This document shows, in pieces, positions 37,974 to 47,480 of a DNA stretch of 64,000 bases. The position numbers and the translations under genes are program-made. Origin of the DNA: an uncultured Acidobacteriaceae bacterium (GTDB lineage: Bacteria; Acidobacteriota; Terriglobia; Acidiferrales; UBA7541); NCBI GenBank assembly GCA_964622265.1, contig CAZUNI010000008.1, forward strand, positions 4,424 through 68,423. The letters run 5' to 3'. The notes below the pieces were generated by a model. The model worked only from the letters and a program-made list of their open reading frames with translations. It was not told the origin of the DNA and ran no database searches. Every line of letters begins with the position of its first letter. Position 1 is the stretch's first letter.

Positions 37974-38800
37974 AAGAAGCTCACCAGATCGCACGAGTGG
38001 CGTAGGCGACGAGACGCGATCGCGAAGTCCAGCTTCGCGGATAATTCGGCGAATCTACCTTTTAAGGCGGTTCGCCTGTTCTCGAAAGGTACCGCACGAC
38101 TCTTTTCTGATTCAAGCAAGCTGTCGATAATCGAAATGAGCCCCTGAACTTCATTCTCGGTTGCGACTGCGAGAGTTTGTGATCCGCCGATCAGATTGCA
38201 CCGCTCCCTGTCCGTTTCCCGTCGCAGTGCGGATGTAGGGAGGTGAAACAGGCGCAGGTGAACAAAGTTGGCAAGCTCGCAGTTCATTACGTACTCTCGC
38301 CCCGGTTGGGTGGGAAAGACAGGCAGCCCAGAGGCGCTGGCGATTTGAGCCGCCATTCCCGAGACCCACTGCTGGCAATCGCGAGTGTAGTCCGTCCAGT
38401 CCTTGCAGAACGCCTCGATCGTGGCGATCAATTCGACGAAGTGACGATTACGCGCGTCCTCCAGCAGCGCTTGTTCAATCTCCCTGAAAATCCTCCCGAA
38501 CGGGAAATCTGCGACGATCATCCTCGCGGAGTACGTCGGTTCCTCTGTCGCCGTGGCGTTCGCTTTGAATTGCTGGGCGGTTGGGAGCACTGAAACGACA
38601 GGGAGGTTCTGATTTAGAAACGGCGCGAGATTCTCATTTAGGCCAGCGCGGAGGGGAATCAGGACCTTATCCCGAAGCGCTTCGAGATGAACGGTTTTAT
38701 GCGCGTGGTAAACTTGAATCTTGCTGCTGATCCACGATCCTGCCACGGTGGACGCAACCCCGCCCACCCAACCTAGAAATGCGTAAAACCATCCCGGCAT
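37970..38800 (-). CDS. hypothetical membrane-anchored protein
   Basis: N-terminal hydrophobic helix MPGWFYAFLGWVGGVASTVAGSWI. It is convergent with the protease gene and overlaps it by 4 nt. Confidence 0.4.
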   Translation of the reverse strand: MPGWFYAFLGWVGGVASTVAGSWISSKIQVYHAHKTVHLEALRDKVLIPLRAGLNENLAPFLNQNLPVVSVLPTAQQFKANATATEEPTYSARMIVADFPFGRIFREIEQALLEDARNRHFVELIATIEAFCKDWTDYTRDCQQWVSGMAAQIASASGLPVFPTQPGREYVMNCELANFVHLRLFHLPTSALRRETDRERCNLIGGSQTLAVATENEVQGLISIIDSLLESEKSRAVPFENRRTALKGRFAELSAKLDFAIASRRLRHSCDLVSFF

Positions 38801-38870
38801 GGTGCCCTATTAGAGCACGCGCCAAATTGTCTTGTCAGCTCTCTACATATGTGCTACAAGGGTGTGGCAG

Positions 38871-39080
38871 ATGCAGACATACTCAACACGCGAGGTTGCA
38901 CAGAAGCTAGGAATTGATCGCGTGACGCTCCAGCGATATATCGCCAAGAAGTTGATTTCAGTTCCGGCGGTGAAGTCGCTTGGAGGCGGCCAATTCCGAG
39001 AGTGGACCGATCGCGATGTTGAACGGGTTCGCAAGCAATTGCCTAAGATCAGGGACGGCAGGAAAAAGAAAAAGGCGTAA
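38871..39080 (+). CDS. excisionase/MerR-superfamily HTH protein (Xis/AlpA-like)
   Basis: YSTREVAQKLGIDRVTLQRYIAKKLI...REWTDRDVERVRKQL. The start is set at the internal ATG at 38871. The track ORF begins at a TTG at 38832. Confidence 0.6.
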   Translation: MQTYSTREVAQKLGIDRVTLQRYIAKKLISVPAVKSLGGGQFREWTDRDVERVRKQLPKIRDGRKKKKA

Positions 39081-39151
39081 AGTAAGCGGGACGCGCCGGT
39101 GTATCGAGCACCGACACGCCCCTGACCACCATCACCTAACTGGAGGCAACG

Positions 39152-39760
39152 ATGGGTTCGAATAGTTTACCTCGCGTCGCAATCTACGCACGAGTTTCAA
39201 CCACAAACCACGGCCAGGATGTGACTTTACAGACGCGCGAGCTTGAGCAATTCGCCCAGGCGCGCGGCTGGCATTTGGTGGATTCCTACCTCGACCTTGG
39301 AATCAGCGGCAGCAAAGGCAAACGCCCGGAGCTTGATCGCCTCATGGCAGACGCGCACCGTCGCAAGTTCGATGTGGTAATCGTGTGGAAGTTTGATCGC
39401 TTTGCTAGATCGGTGTCGCATCTTCTCCGTGCGCTCGAAAACTTCAACGCGCTCGGTATCGCTTTCGTTAGCCTCAGCGAACAAATGGATACCACGACGC
39501 CGACTGGAAAGATGATATTTACCGTCCTAGGAGCCGTGGCCGAACTGGAACGCAGTCTGATCGTGGAACGTGTCCGGGCCGGTCTCAGAAACGCCCGCGC
39601 GAAGGGAAAGACGTTGGGCAGGCCGCGCAAGACAGTGGACACCGCAAGAATTGCCGCCCTACGCGCACAAGGGCTCTCCTTGCGTGCGATTGCCTCCGAG
39701 CTAAGGGTTGGACTTGCCACACTGCATCGCGCGTCTGTACCCTGTTCCAAAATTCGGTAA
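39152..39760 (+). CDS. small serine recombinase (resolvase/invertase family)
   Basis: RVAIYARVSTTNHGQD catalytic serine motif, a resolvase core and C-terminal HTH GLSLRAIASELRVGLATLHR. A ggagg SD lies upstream. Confidence 0.9.
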   Translation: MGSNSLPRVAIYARVSTTNHGQDVTLQTRELEQFAQARGWHLVDSYLDLGISGSKGKRPELDRLMADAHRRKFDVVIVWKFDRFARSVSHLLRALENFNALGIAFVSLSEQMDTTTPTGKMIFTVLGAVAELERSLIVERVRAGLRNARAKGKTLGRPRKTVDTARIAALRAQGLSLRAIASELRVGLATLHRASVPCSKIR

Positions 39761-39809
39761 ATGGCTTTTGGAACGCGATAGAAGTCTCGCTTGGGGCTTA
39801 CGGGCCAAC

Positions 39810-42800
39810 TTACAAGAATGGCGTTTCTCGGGCGGAATCGGGCGCGGACGGTGGGAAATCTTTGAGCCGAAAAAGATCGGAGCGCCGTGACCACGTAATT
39901 TTAGACTCGGGCTCGTACTCATTCGTGGTCCTTTCCACATTCAACTGTACCCAGTATGTCCAGCCGTGCGTCGTTGCCAGAGACGTGAGCGTGTCAGCCG
40001 AAGCCTCGAGCAGGAAACCAGAAGAGCGTGGTTCATGGCGTCGCCGGCTTTGGTCGAAGGCTTCCTGCCAAGCCGTAGATCGTACGGCTGCCCGGCAATC
40101 GCGAGAATATCCCAGCCAATCTGCTTCATCGCTCTCAAGGCCGAGTTCACGGGCAAACTCTGGGCGGAGGGCCGCTATGTCGAGGTGATGGCGCCCTCGA
40201 AATGCTCGCGTGGAAGCCTGGACGAGTGGGACGATCGCAGGATTCAGCACCTCACGGCGGCCGGCCTCGACCCGCCGCAGCTCAAAACGATAGCGATTCC
40301 TGAATTCGATAGCGGCATCCCTCACGTTATCCGCACTGGGAATAACCTGGTCAACCAGGACTGCTACGACTAGCGCACGCACTCGCGTGGCGCGCCGGCG
40401 GAGCGGTCCGTGCTCGCCACCCGTGCGCTGCTCGGTATGTTCAAAAAGCGTGTACCACGCAGGATGGCGATCGAGGAATGCCCGCGCAAGGTGATCCCAG
40501 TCGTTGAAGGAAAGAAACTCGACGTCGCCGATATCGGTGTCAATCCACTTGATAAAGGGAGGGGGCGTCGTCAACTGAATCAGGGGCTCCGTCGGGTCCG
40601 ACACCCGGAGAAGGTCTGCGACATTGTTCGCAGTAACGTCATCCAGAATTTGTGCCTGGCGAAGCTCGTCCAGGACAACATTGATGCTTTCGCGGACGGT
40701 GCCGTCATAGGTACCGCTGATCTCTATCGGGTCGAAGTTGTCGTTGATGTTATAGCCTCGATGCGTGGCCATTTCCTCGGCAAATCCTTCCTCTCGGGAG
40801 GGATAACGCTCGGCGACTCGGGCGTGGATTAATCGGAGTAGGGGCTCTCTCGAGATAGACTTTGCGAGATGAGCCATCATCCATCTCGGATACGGCAGAA
40901 GAGGAATGGAACTGACGCCGAACAGCGGAGTGCGAAGCGGACGCGCCACTGCGGGAGATGCGCAAAGGCGACGCGCATCGTCGAGCAGCGTGGAGTTGAG
41001 TTGAGCTCCACGGTCATTCGTTGTAAGGATCGCTTCGGAGACAGTTCTCCTGAGATTGAAATGCGGCTCCTGGACTTTAAGCTTGAGAAGAGAATTTGCC
41101 CAGCTGTGGCTCGCCTCTGGTTTTGAGAGGCCGAAAGAGAAAAATAGGACTGCCAACAGCTCTTTCTGCGCTGCAGCAAACGTATCCCATTGCGCAAGCA
41201 ATGCATCAGGTGTTGTGACGCCCTCCGAAAGCAGACGAAGAAGCTCACCCACGGCCAGCAACCGCACGTCCACGACCGGGTACTTAAGAAGCCATAGAAC
41301 GTAACCTAGAATCTCGTCGGTCAGGGGTCTGTCGGCTGCATCCAAGAACCAATCGAGATTCAGCGGTGGGGCTGAGAGGCCCCTCACGAGATGTTCGTTG
41401 TATTCGGCCCAAAGATTGTAAATTTCATCGAAATCGACTCCACGAAAGTGATCGGCGAACCGAAGGATGCGATCGAGGCGCTGAACGATCAACCCTGGGA
41501 ATTGTTTGTGTTGGACAATGAATGCGTCCAGGAGAGTTTCGCAGCCGAGTTTCGGGTCCACCGACATGATCTCGGAAAGGATTGCGTTCGAGAGCTCTGT
41601 GTATTCAAAAAACAGAGTCGCGTGCGACCGCCAGGCCTCCTGAAGTAGTGCCTTAGCACGCTCCGGATCGAGCGGACGAATGCGCCGAGCAATGGCGAGA
41701 AGCCCCCATGCTTTGCATGAATCACTAAATCTCGTGCGGCAGAGTTCGATCCACGAGTCGAGATCACTCATCCGAGCCGCGGCGATCCAATCGGGCAGCA
41801 ATTTTTCGAGATCGTATTGATAAGGCACGCGGGACGTGAAAACTAAGGGGAGCCGCTCAAGCCAACTCTCCATGTCTAACGAATTTGAAAGGTGTTCGGC
41901 GAGTTGTGGCGGCTCGAACTTCTCTGCGATCGCTTTGATCATGTCGCTCATGGCGAGCCGAATGGCAGCTTTGGTTTGAATCCGATCGGATGGCGTCAGG
42001 CCCGCGACTCGGTTCTGGGTCGCTTTCAGTGCGGGAGCAACGTTGGTTCGTTCGTCGGTGGTCAGCTCGCGACCGAGAGCTGCAGAGACGATTTCAAGCA
42101 AATCAGGGAGCACTCGCTCGATCTCGTTTTGCCATCTCTCCGTCATCTGCCGTCGGGCGAGCTGATTCAATACTTCTTGGAGTTCGGAGACACCTTTTTC
42201 GGCGGCAGCCGTAAAGATGGCCGGATCACCCGAGAAAGAGCGAGAAGGTTGCGTTTCTTTTGAATCTTCCTTTGGAGCATCACTCGCGTGGGATTGGATG
42301 TCGCCTTGTACGTAAGCTGGGGCATCGCCAATCTCAATCCACAATCGAGCCCACTTAGCTAGTTCTTGCGGAGCCCCCTTTTCTACCAGGAAGACGTGCT
42401 TCGCATCTCGATAAATTGTTTCTGCGGCTACAAAGTCCTTGCGCCGAAGAGCTGCCTCGAATATCGCTTCTCTCATGGGCAATACATGATCGCGATATTC
42501 TGAATAATCATCCCAGCGTGCTGCCGTCGAGGCGAGTGCCCATAACCAAGTAAGCGGCACGTCCGCAGAGTTGATCCATTTCAGCACCAAAGAATGGAGC
42601 GCCCTCTCTCGATAGATCGAGTCCTCAAGGTGAGCGAGCATTTTGAGAGGAAGTCCGGGTGAAATGTGCCGCGCGAACACGATCAGGTCTTCGATAGCAA
42701 CTGCCGAGGTCTTTGCGCGTGCAGCATCTCCAAGCCGGTGAGCGAGATTAAGCTGGTCTGCAATTCGTTGACGGGTCGCAGTTGGATTCCGGTCATGTGC

Positions 42801-45800
42801 AAAGCGGAGGGGCGATAAGATCTCATTGAATTGATAGTCCTTCCGGTAGTTCACACCGCACGCTAGATCAAGCAACTCTCTCCACAAACGATCAGCTTCC
42901 GGGTTGAAGCCACACATCCCCCACGCTGTGGCTGTGGCAAGAATTTCGGAAGCCAAGACCGAGGTTTCCTCATCGGATCGGGCGGCGCGTTCGACAATGG
43001 AAAGCAATGAGCGTATAAGTTCTTTGGCGGCGGCTTTGAGACGCATAGCTAGACAAGCGGCAAAGTCTTTCGTTGCTCCTGAGTTGTTGACGGCTCGGCG
43101 TCCTTCGTTCGACTCTGCCCACCACTCACCGAGAGCTTGGAGATCATCTTCCTTGAGGATCCTTGCTGCTACATTCCACACAATGGCGAAAAGACGTGGC
43201 GACTCCTGCCGATAGAGACTCCTTGCAAGAAAATTCGAATGGCCCAACCCATCAAAGGCATGCGAACGAAGGTCAAGCTCTGAAAGAATGCCTTCGAGCC
43301 GCGGGAGCGCGTTAAGCGGTTTCCATCCCCCGCGCACCCAATCGGTCCAAACAAGCGCCAACTCCCCAAGTGCACTGATCACGGGATGGATTGGCTCGGG
43401 TAAGCCGGTTACGACCGATTCGAACCAAGCTTTCGCTTCCTTGTTGGAGAGAAAATAGAAACGAAAACGGTCGTATATGGTGAAAAGTTCTGGTTCGAGT
43501 TGGTTGTAAAGCTGATCCCTAAGGAATCCTTTTGGGAGAACAGGTGCTGTGGCGTCGGTATACCAAACTGTGTCCCACATGCCAGAGTCAGCCAGATCTA
43601 GCAACATCGTTCGGCGTTCAGATTCGGGTATGCTCGCGAAATTCACTGAACTAGCTGCGGTTCGGGCTTCCGCCATCTCACCAACGCGGACCAAAAGCAG
43701 CGCGCGCGCGACGCGAGCAAATTGAGCCACTTCGTTTGATGGAGTGCCGCCACCGGCCACGATCCGATCTAGCTCGGGGAGATTCTTGCTGTTACAGAGC
43801 TCCCGAATTACGGCGAATTGCAATGCGAGGTTCGTTGCCTGTCGATCGGGATCGGAAACCTGTTTCCTAGTGAACTTGTGTTCAGGCCGAATGGTCCACG
43901 AGAGCTTTGAGATTTCCTCGAGTATTTCGACCGCGGACTGAACATAGGTCGAGGCACGATAGTAGCTGGCAAGATCTATCGAGGACGCCTCAACGGGCCG
44001 GTCGGTAAGGACCGTTTTGATGATCGACAGTGGCGGGGGGCTACCGAACCGCTCGCGGTAGTGGAGGCAAAATTCTGCAAAGGCTACGGGCCCGCAGTGA
44101 GCTCTTTCACCGTCCCAGACAGTCCTGATCGCCTCAGCGTCGAGACCAGTATCGACAAGAAACCGCGCGATTTGTTCGGGTTTCAGATCAAGATGGTGCT
44201 CAACCAGTGCGAGGCGCTGCTTGATCAGCGCCAGTCGCAAAAAAGAAGCGAGATCTTGGGTTATCGAAGCAGCTTGCCAAGCTAAATCGATGTTTTGATG
44301 GATTTCGGAGACAGGACGGTGGGCCGTCCAACTGCTGACGAACCAATCGTAGGTCAGTTGCTGCTTCAGCTCCTCATACTTGCCGAGCTGAAAAAGGTGC
44401 CTGAAACGGTGGCGCCACGCCTCATCCCTGTCGGGGTGCGCCGCGTACCAATCGACTAGAGTTTCGTTGATCGCTGTAGTGAGAGCTTGGGTCTGTTCCA
44501 GCACAAACTCGCGAAAGCTGTTGTGGCGAATGGCGACACCGCGGCCCTCGGAGTTCCGCAATACGTGAGCAGTCGTACGTAGGGCTTGCTCAACGGAGAG
44601 CAGATTCGCGGGCACATGGAGCCGCTCCAGTAACTCTGCCATATCCGCCGGCGTCGTGAATTCATGACGAATCGCCAAAATGGCAAGTGCGTATATCGCT
44701 GTTTGGTCGTCCTCAAGACTTCTCCAGAGATGACGATGATATGCGTCAATCGTTTCGCTGCTGAGGGATGGCTGATGTTTCAACAATTCTTCCCGTTCAT
44801 AATCGCTCAGCGCAGCCAGCCTCATTCCGAGATACTCCAGGTAAATGGGCACTCCTCCAGAAACTTCCTGCGCCAACACAAGAAGCTCGGGCTCGAGATC
44901 CACTCCACGGCGAGCGAGGAATTCCTTGACTTGGGCCTGCACAAAGCGAGGAACCTTGATGTGTCGCAGCTGATCGCTCGCAATATGGTCCCGGACCGAA
45001 CGCGGCAGCGCTGCTAGGTATTGAGAACTCAGAACCATCAACACGTTGTCAGGCGGCAAATGATCGAGCACCGAAGTCAAAGGCTCCCTGATCATGTGTT
45101 GGGCGTACTTGGCATGCACATGGTCCAAGCCGTCAATTAGGAAAACGACACGCTCGTCCCGCTCCGAAACGTAACGGAGCCAACTATTGAGGAGCTCGAG
45201 CGAAAACTCCCCATACGGCTGCGGAAATTCGAGATCGGGGAACGCTTTCGACAAGCCAATGCACATCGATCTCACGAAGGCGGCCTGCTCGAGACGATAG
45301 TTGCCAAGTGAGGGGTCACTGGGTACATGGCAGCGATAGGCAAATGTCACGTCGTCCGGCCTTTGCATTGCGTACTCCGCGAGCAAGGTCGATTTCCCAA
45401 TGCCAGGCTCCCCTTCGAGCAGGATAAATCCACTATTGAGCTTGCTCAGAGATTCATCGAGGGCTTGAAACACTATGGGTGTAGGAACCCATTGCTCTTG
45501 AACTACCGGAAAAATGTGGTCGACTGGATCTATGAAATGGGTGGCGAGCCCCAAGGCGTCGAGGACATTGCTGACCTTCACGTTGGCACTGTCGATCGAC
45601 CACTTGACGACCTGGTTGAGTAACGTCCCGTATTGGACCTGTGCAATACCCAGACGGGTAAGCTTGGCTCGAACGCTGTTTTCTCGCGAGATGAGGTCCG
45701 GTTGGCCTAGGCGGAAGCGTAGGTGGCGCAGGAATGTGTTGAATTCCTCGAAAGTTGCGAGACCGGATGCTTGCAACAGCTGATTCACAATCTCTTTGTA

Positions 45801-46271
45801 CTCGGGGAATCGAGGGTTCTCGCGAATATCTGCAGAAGGCAGACCTTTCGTCAAGGGCTCTTGTACGTCCGAAATAAATTCTTCGAGACTTCGGGGAAAG
45901 CCTTTCGCGGGTTGTCGGTTCGAGCCGGCCTTCCGCGTCGAAAGAAGAACTATCTCTTTTGATCCGGGTTCGCCGCTTACCCTGCTGAATCCTGAAGCAA
46001 GCTTGGCTATGAGCGCCACCTCGGAGGACTCATCCGCCGTAACAAGATTGTGAAGGGTCAATGTTGCTGAATCGTCGTTCGCCCACTTGACTTGGACGAA
46101 GACCGTCCCACCGTCGCGCTCCACAATGATGTCGTCAACGAACTTGGCACGTTCGGCACTTTCCAGTGACACCGACTTCACGGAGGTGCCGATCTCAAGC
46201 AACTCAAGAACGTAGCCCGCTGCGACAACATTCTGGTAGTAAAATCCCGCCTGTGCGTCTGAGCCTGCCAT
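39810..46271 (-). CDS. giant NLR-like (NACHT/STAND) NTPase with an N-terminal Cap4/Mrr-type PD-(D/E)xK nuclease domain
   Basis: N-terminus GFYYQNVVAAGYVLELL...VDDIIVERDGGTVFVQVKW (DUF4297/Cap4-like D...QxK). Walker A LLEGEPGIGKSTLL and NACHT-like Walker B VVFLIDGLDHV. About 1700 further residues are uncharacterised. The uninterrupted ORF runs to 46391, and I prefer the internal ATG at 46271 (MAGSDAQAGFYYQ). Confidence 0.8.
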   Translation of the reverse strand: MAGSDAQAGFYYQNVVAAGYVLELLEIGTSVKSVSLESAERAKFVDDIIVERDGGTVFVQVKWANDDSATLTLHNLVTADESSEVALIAKLASGFSRVSGEPGSKEIVLLSTRKAGSNRQPAKGFPRSLEEFISDVQEPLTKGLPSADIRENPRFPEYKEIVNQLLQASGLATFEEFNTFLRHLRFRLGQPDLISRENSVRAKLTRLGIAQVQYGTLLNQVVKWSIDSANVKVSNVLDALGLATHFIDPVDHIFPVVQEQWVPTPIVFQALDESLSKLNSGFILLEGEPGIGKSTLLAEYAMQRPDDVTFAYRCHVPSDPSLGNYRLEQAAFVRSMCIGLSKAFPDLEFPQPYGEFSLELLNSWLRYVSERDERVVFLIDGLDHVHAKYAQHMIREPLTSVLDHLPPDNVLMVLSSQYLAALPRSVRDHIASDQLRHIKVPRFVQAQVKEFLARRGVDLEPELLVLAQEVSGGVPIYLEYLGMRLAALSDYEREELLKHQPSLSSETIDAYHRHLWRSLEDDQTAIYALAILAIRHEFTTPADMAELLERLHVPANLLSVEQALRTTAHVLRNSEGRGVAIRHNSFREFVLEQTQALTTAINETLVDWYAAHPDRDEAWRHRFRHLFQLGKYEELKQQLTYDWFVSSWTAHRPVSEIHQNIDLAWQAASITQDLASFLRLALIKQRLALVEHHLDLKPEQIARFLVDTGLDAEAIRTVWDGERAHCGPVAFAEFCLHYRERFGSPPPLSIIKTVLTDRPVEASSIDLASYYRASTYVQSAVEILEEISKLSWTIRPEHKFTRKQVSDPDRQATNLALQFAVIRELCNSKNLPELDRIVAGGGTPSNEVAQFARVARALLLVRVGEMAEARTAASSVNFASIPESERRTMLLDLADSGMWDTVWYTDATAPVLPKGFLRDQLYNQLEPELFTIYDRFRFYFLSNKEAKAWFESVVTGLPEPIHPVISALGELALVWTDWVRGGWKPLNALPRLEGILSELDLRSHAFDGLGHSNFLARSLYRQESPRLFAIVWNVAARILKEDDLQALGEWWAESNEGRRAVNNSGATKDFAACLAMRLKAAAKELIRSLLSIVERAARSDEETSVLASEILATATAWGMCGFNPEADRLWRELLDLACGVNYRKDYQFNEILSPLRFAHDRNPTATRQRIADQLNLAHRLGDAARAKTSAVAIEDLIVFARHISPGLPLKMLAHLEDSIYRERALHSLVLKWINSADVPLTWLWALASTAARWDDYSEYRDHVLPMREAIFEAALRRKDFVAAETIYRDAKHVFLVEKGAPQELAKWARLWIEIGDAPAYVQGDIQSHASDAPKEDSKETQPSRSFSGDPAIFTAAAEKGVSELQEVLNQLARRQMTERWQNEIERVLPDLLEIVSAALGRELTTDERTNVAPALKATQNRVAGLTPSDRIQTKAAIRLAMSDMIKAIAEKFEPPQLAEHLSNSLDMESWLERLPLVFTSRVPYQYDLEKLLPDWIAAARMSDLDSWIELCRTRFSDSCKAWGLLAIARRIRPLDPERAKALLQEAWRSHATLFFEYTELSNAILSEIMSVDPKLGCETLLDAFIVQHKQFPGLIVQRLDRILRFADHFRGVDFDEIYNLWAEYNEHLVRGLSAPPLNLDWFLDAADRPLTDEILGYVLWLLKYPVVDVRLLAVGELLRLLSEGVTTPDALLAQWDTFAAAQKELLAVLFFSFGLSKPEASHSWANSLLKLKVQEPHFNLRRTVSEAILTTNDRGAQLNSTLLDDARRLCASPAVARPLRTPLFGVSSIPLLPYPRWMMAHLAKSISREPLLRLIHARVAERYPSREEGFAEEMATHRGYNINDNFDPIEISGTYDGTVRESINVVLDELRQAQILDDVTANNVADLLRVSDPTEPLIQLTTPPPFIKWIDTDIGDVEFLSFNDWDHLARAFLDRHPAWYTLFEHTEQRTGGEHGPLRRRATRVRALVVAVLVDQVIPSADNVRDAAIEFRNRYRFELRRVEAGRREVLNPAIVPLVQASTRAFRGRHHLDIAALRPEFARELGLESDEADWLGYSRDCRAAVRSTAWQEAFDQSRRRHEPRSSGFLLEASADTLTSLATTHGWTYWVQLNVERTTNEYEPESKITWSRRSDLFRLKDFPPSAPDSARETPFL

Positions 46272-46732
46272 CGGAGTATCACCCAGTAACTGAACGAAGA
46301 TTCTAATGCAATTTGGGATAGGATGAGCGGCCAAGTGGACCGGTCGAGTTCTTGCCCACGCAAATTGGATCACAACGATAGCGAGTGGCATCTCAGAACG
46401 AGGAACAGATTGGAAACAGAAAACATTTCTCGGGAAATTCCTGGATCACCCGTGAAACACTACATCGCAGTTCAACGAAATCCCCCTGAAGTCCTAGGTA
46501 GGTGGCCTTTTGCCAGTGTTCCGAAAACCCCTCCGAGCGGTTACCCGTAAGCCTTTGAATCTATACGGTAGGAAATCGGCGGTTAAGGTGTTCCGGAAAC
46601 ACTTGATTTTGAAGTGTTGGTGCCGAGCTGCAGGGCGCATCGGGATCGCCCGACGGAGCAGGACTCATATTTGAGTCTATTAAAAGTTTTTCGAACCTTG
46701 ACCGAGAAAAGCCAGATGCCGTACGGCAGCGG

Positions 46733-47476
46733 TCAGCGCTCGCGATCTTTCACCCTTGCAACTGCCATGGCATGCGCTAGGAGCGATGAAAAAAAAGTCT
46801 CGAAGCTCAGCTCTGGCGACGGTTCTCTGTAATACCCTGTCACCCCTCGTCTGGCGTCCGAAAGAAGAAAACAGGCCGAATCGTAAAGGCGTTCGCGCAC
46901 GAGTTTGGTCAGCAAAATTTCGTAACGCTTCGCATAAGACGAGGCCTTGAACTCGGCGAACACTTTGAAGTGTGGCTCCTTGGCTCGTACAGACCGCATC
47001 GATCCAGGTGCCTCTTCTAGAAGCATCATGTACCCTAGCCATGGACGGGCCGATGGCTTGAACGCGCCTTCTCGATACGCCGCCCAGATGTCGGTGGCGC
47101 TCCCGATCGCTTCTTCTGTGCGATTGTTGTAGTTGTTTCCGAAGGATCCAACTTGGGATTTGAATTCAATTCCGGCCAGCAACTTGCCATCAGCGACCAC
47201 GAGCAAATCCCACCTCTTCTCCGGTCGGTACCACCCCGGAAGTTCGATCCGCTTTTCGCAATACACATGTGCTCTTGGCAAGCCGTTTTCGCACAGGTGG
47301 TCGCGGACCATCGAAACGAATCCATCCATCTGTCGACCGCCGGTTACGGCTGTTCGGGAACCCGCATCGCGTGATCCCGTCTTCGTACCTTGTTTTTCGG
47401 ATTGAGACTCGCGTGTCTTCCAAAAATGCTGCACGGCCCCGCGAAGGCGTTCCTCAATCTTCGAGTGTAAAGCCAT
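46733..47476 (-). CDS. type II restriction endonuclease (PD-(D/E)xK; possibly PaeR7I-like family)
   Basis: WDLLVVADGKLLAGIEFKSQ gives D...E-x-K. It lies 4 nt downstream of the methyltransferase stop. The family name is from memory only and is not verified. Confidence 0.6.
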   Translation of the reverse strand: MALHSKIEERLRGAVQHFWKTRESQSEKQGTKTGSRDAGSRTAVTGGRQMDGFVSMVRDHLCENGLPRAHVYCEKRIELPGWYRPEKRWDLLVVADGKLLAGIEFKSQVGSFGNNYNNRTEEAIGSATDIWAAYREGAFKPSARPWLGYMMLLEEAPGSMRSVRAKEPHFKVFAEFKASSYAKRYEILLTKLVRERLYDSACFLLSDARRGVTGYYREPSPELSFETFFSSLLAHAMAVARVKDRER

Positions 47477-47480
47477 TGTT

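Noticed and set aside
39286-39894. 202-aa minus-strand ORF
   Set aside because: It lies entirely antisense to the resolvase gene, which has clear catalytic and HTH motifs. Its Arg/Ser/Pro-rich composition is typical of an antisense frame.
39081-41000. An invertible-segment (shufflon/Hin-type) switch acting on the 3' end of the giant gene
   Set aside because: The resolvase/invertase is adjacent, but I could not find flanking inverted repeats or alternative C-terminal cassettes by eye. I keep it as a low-probability alternative within a finding.
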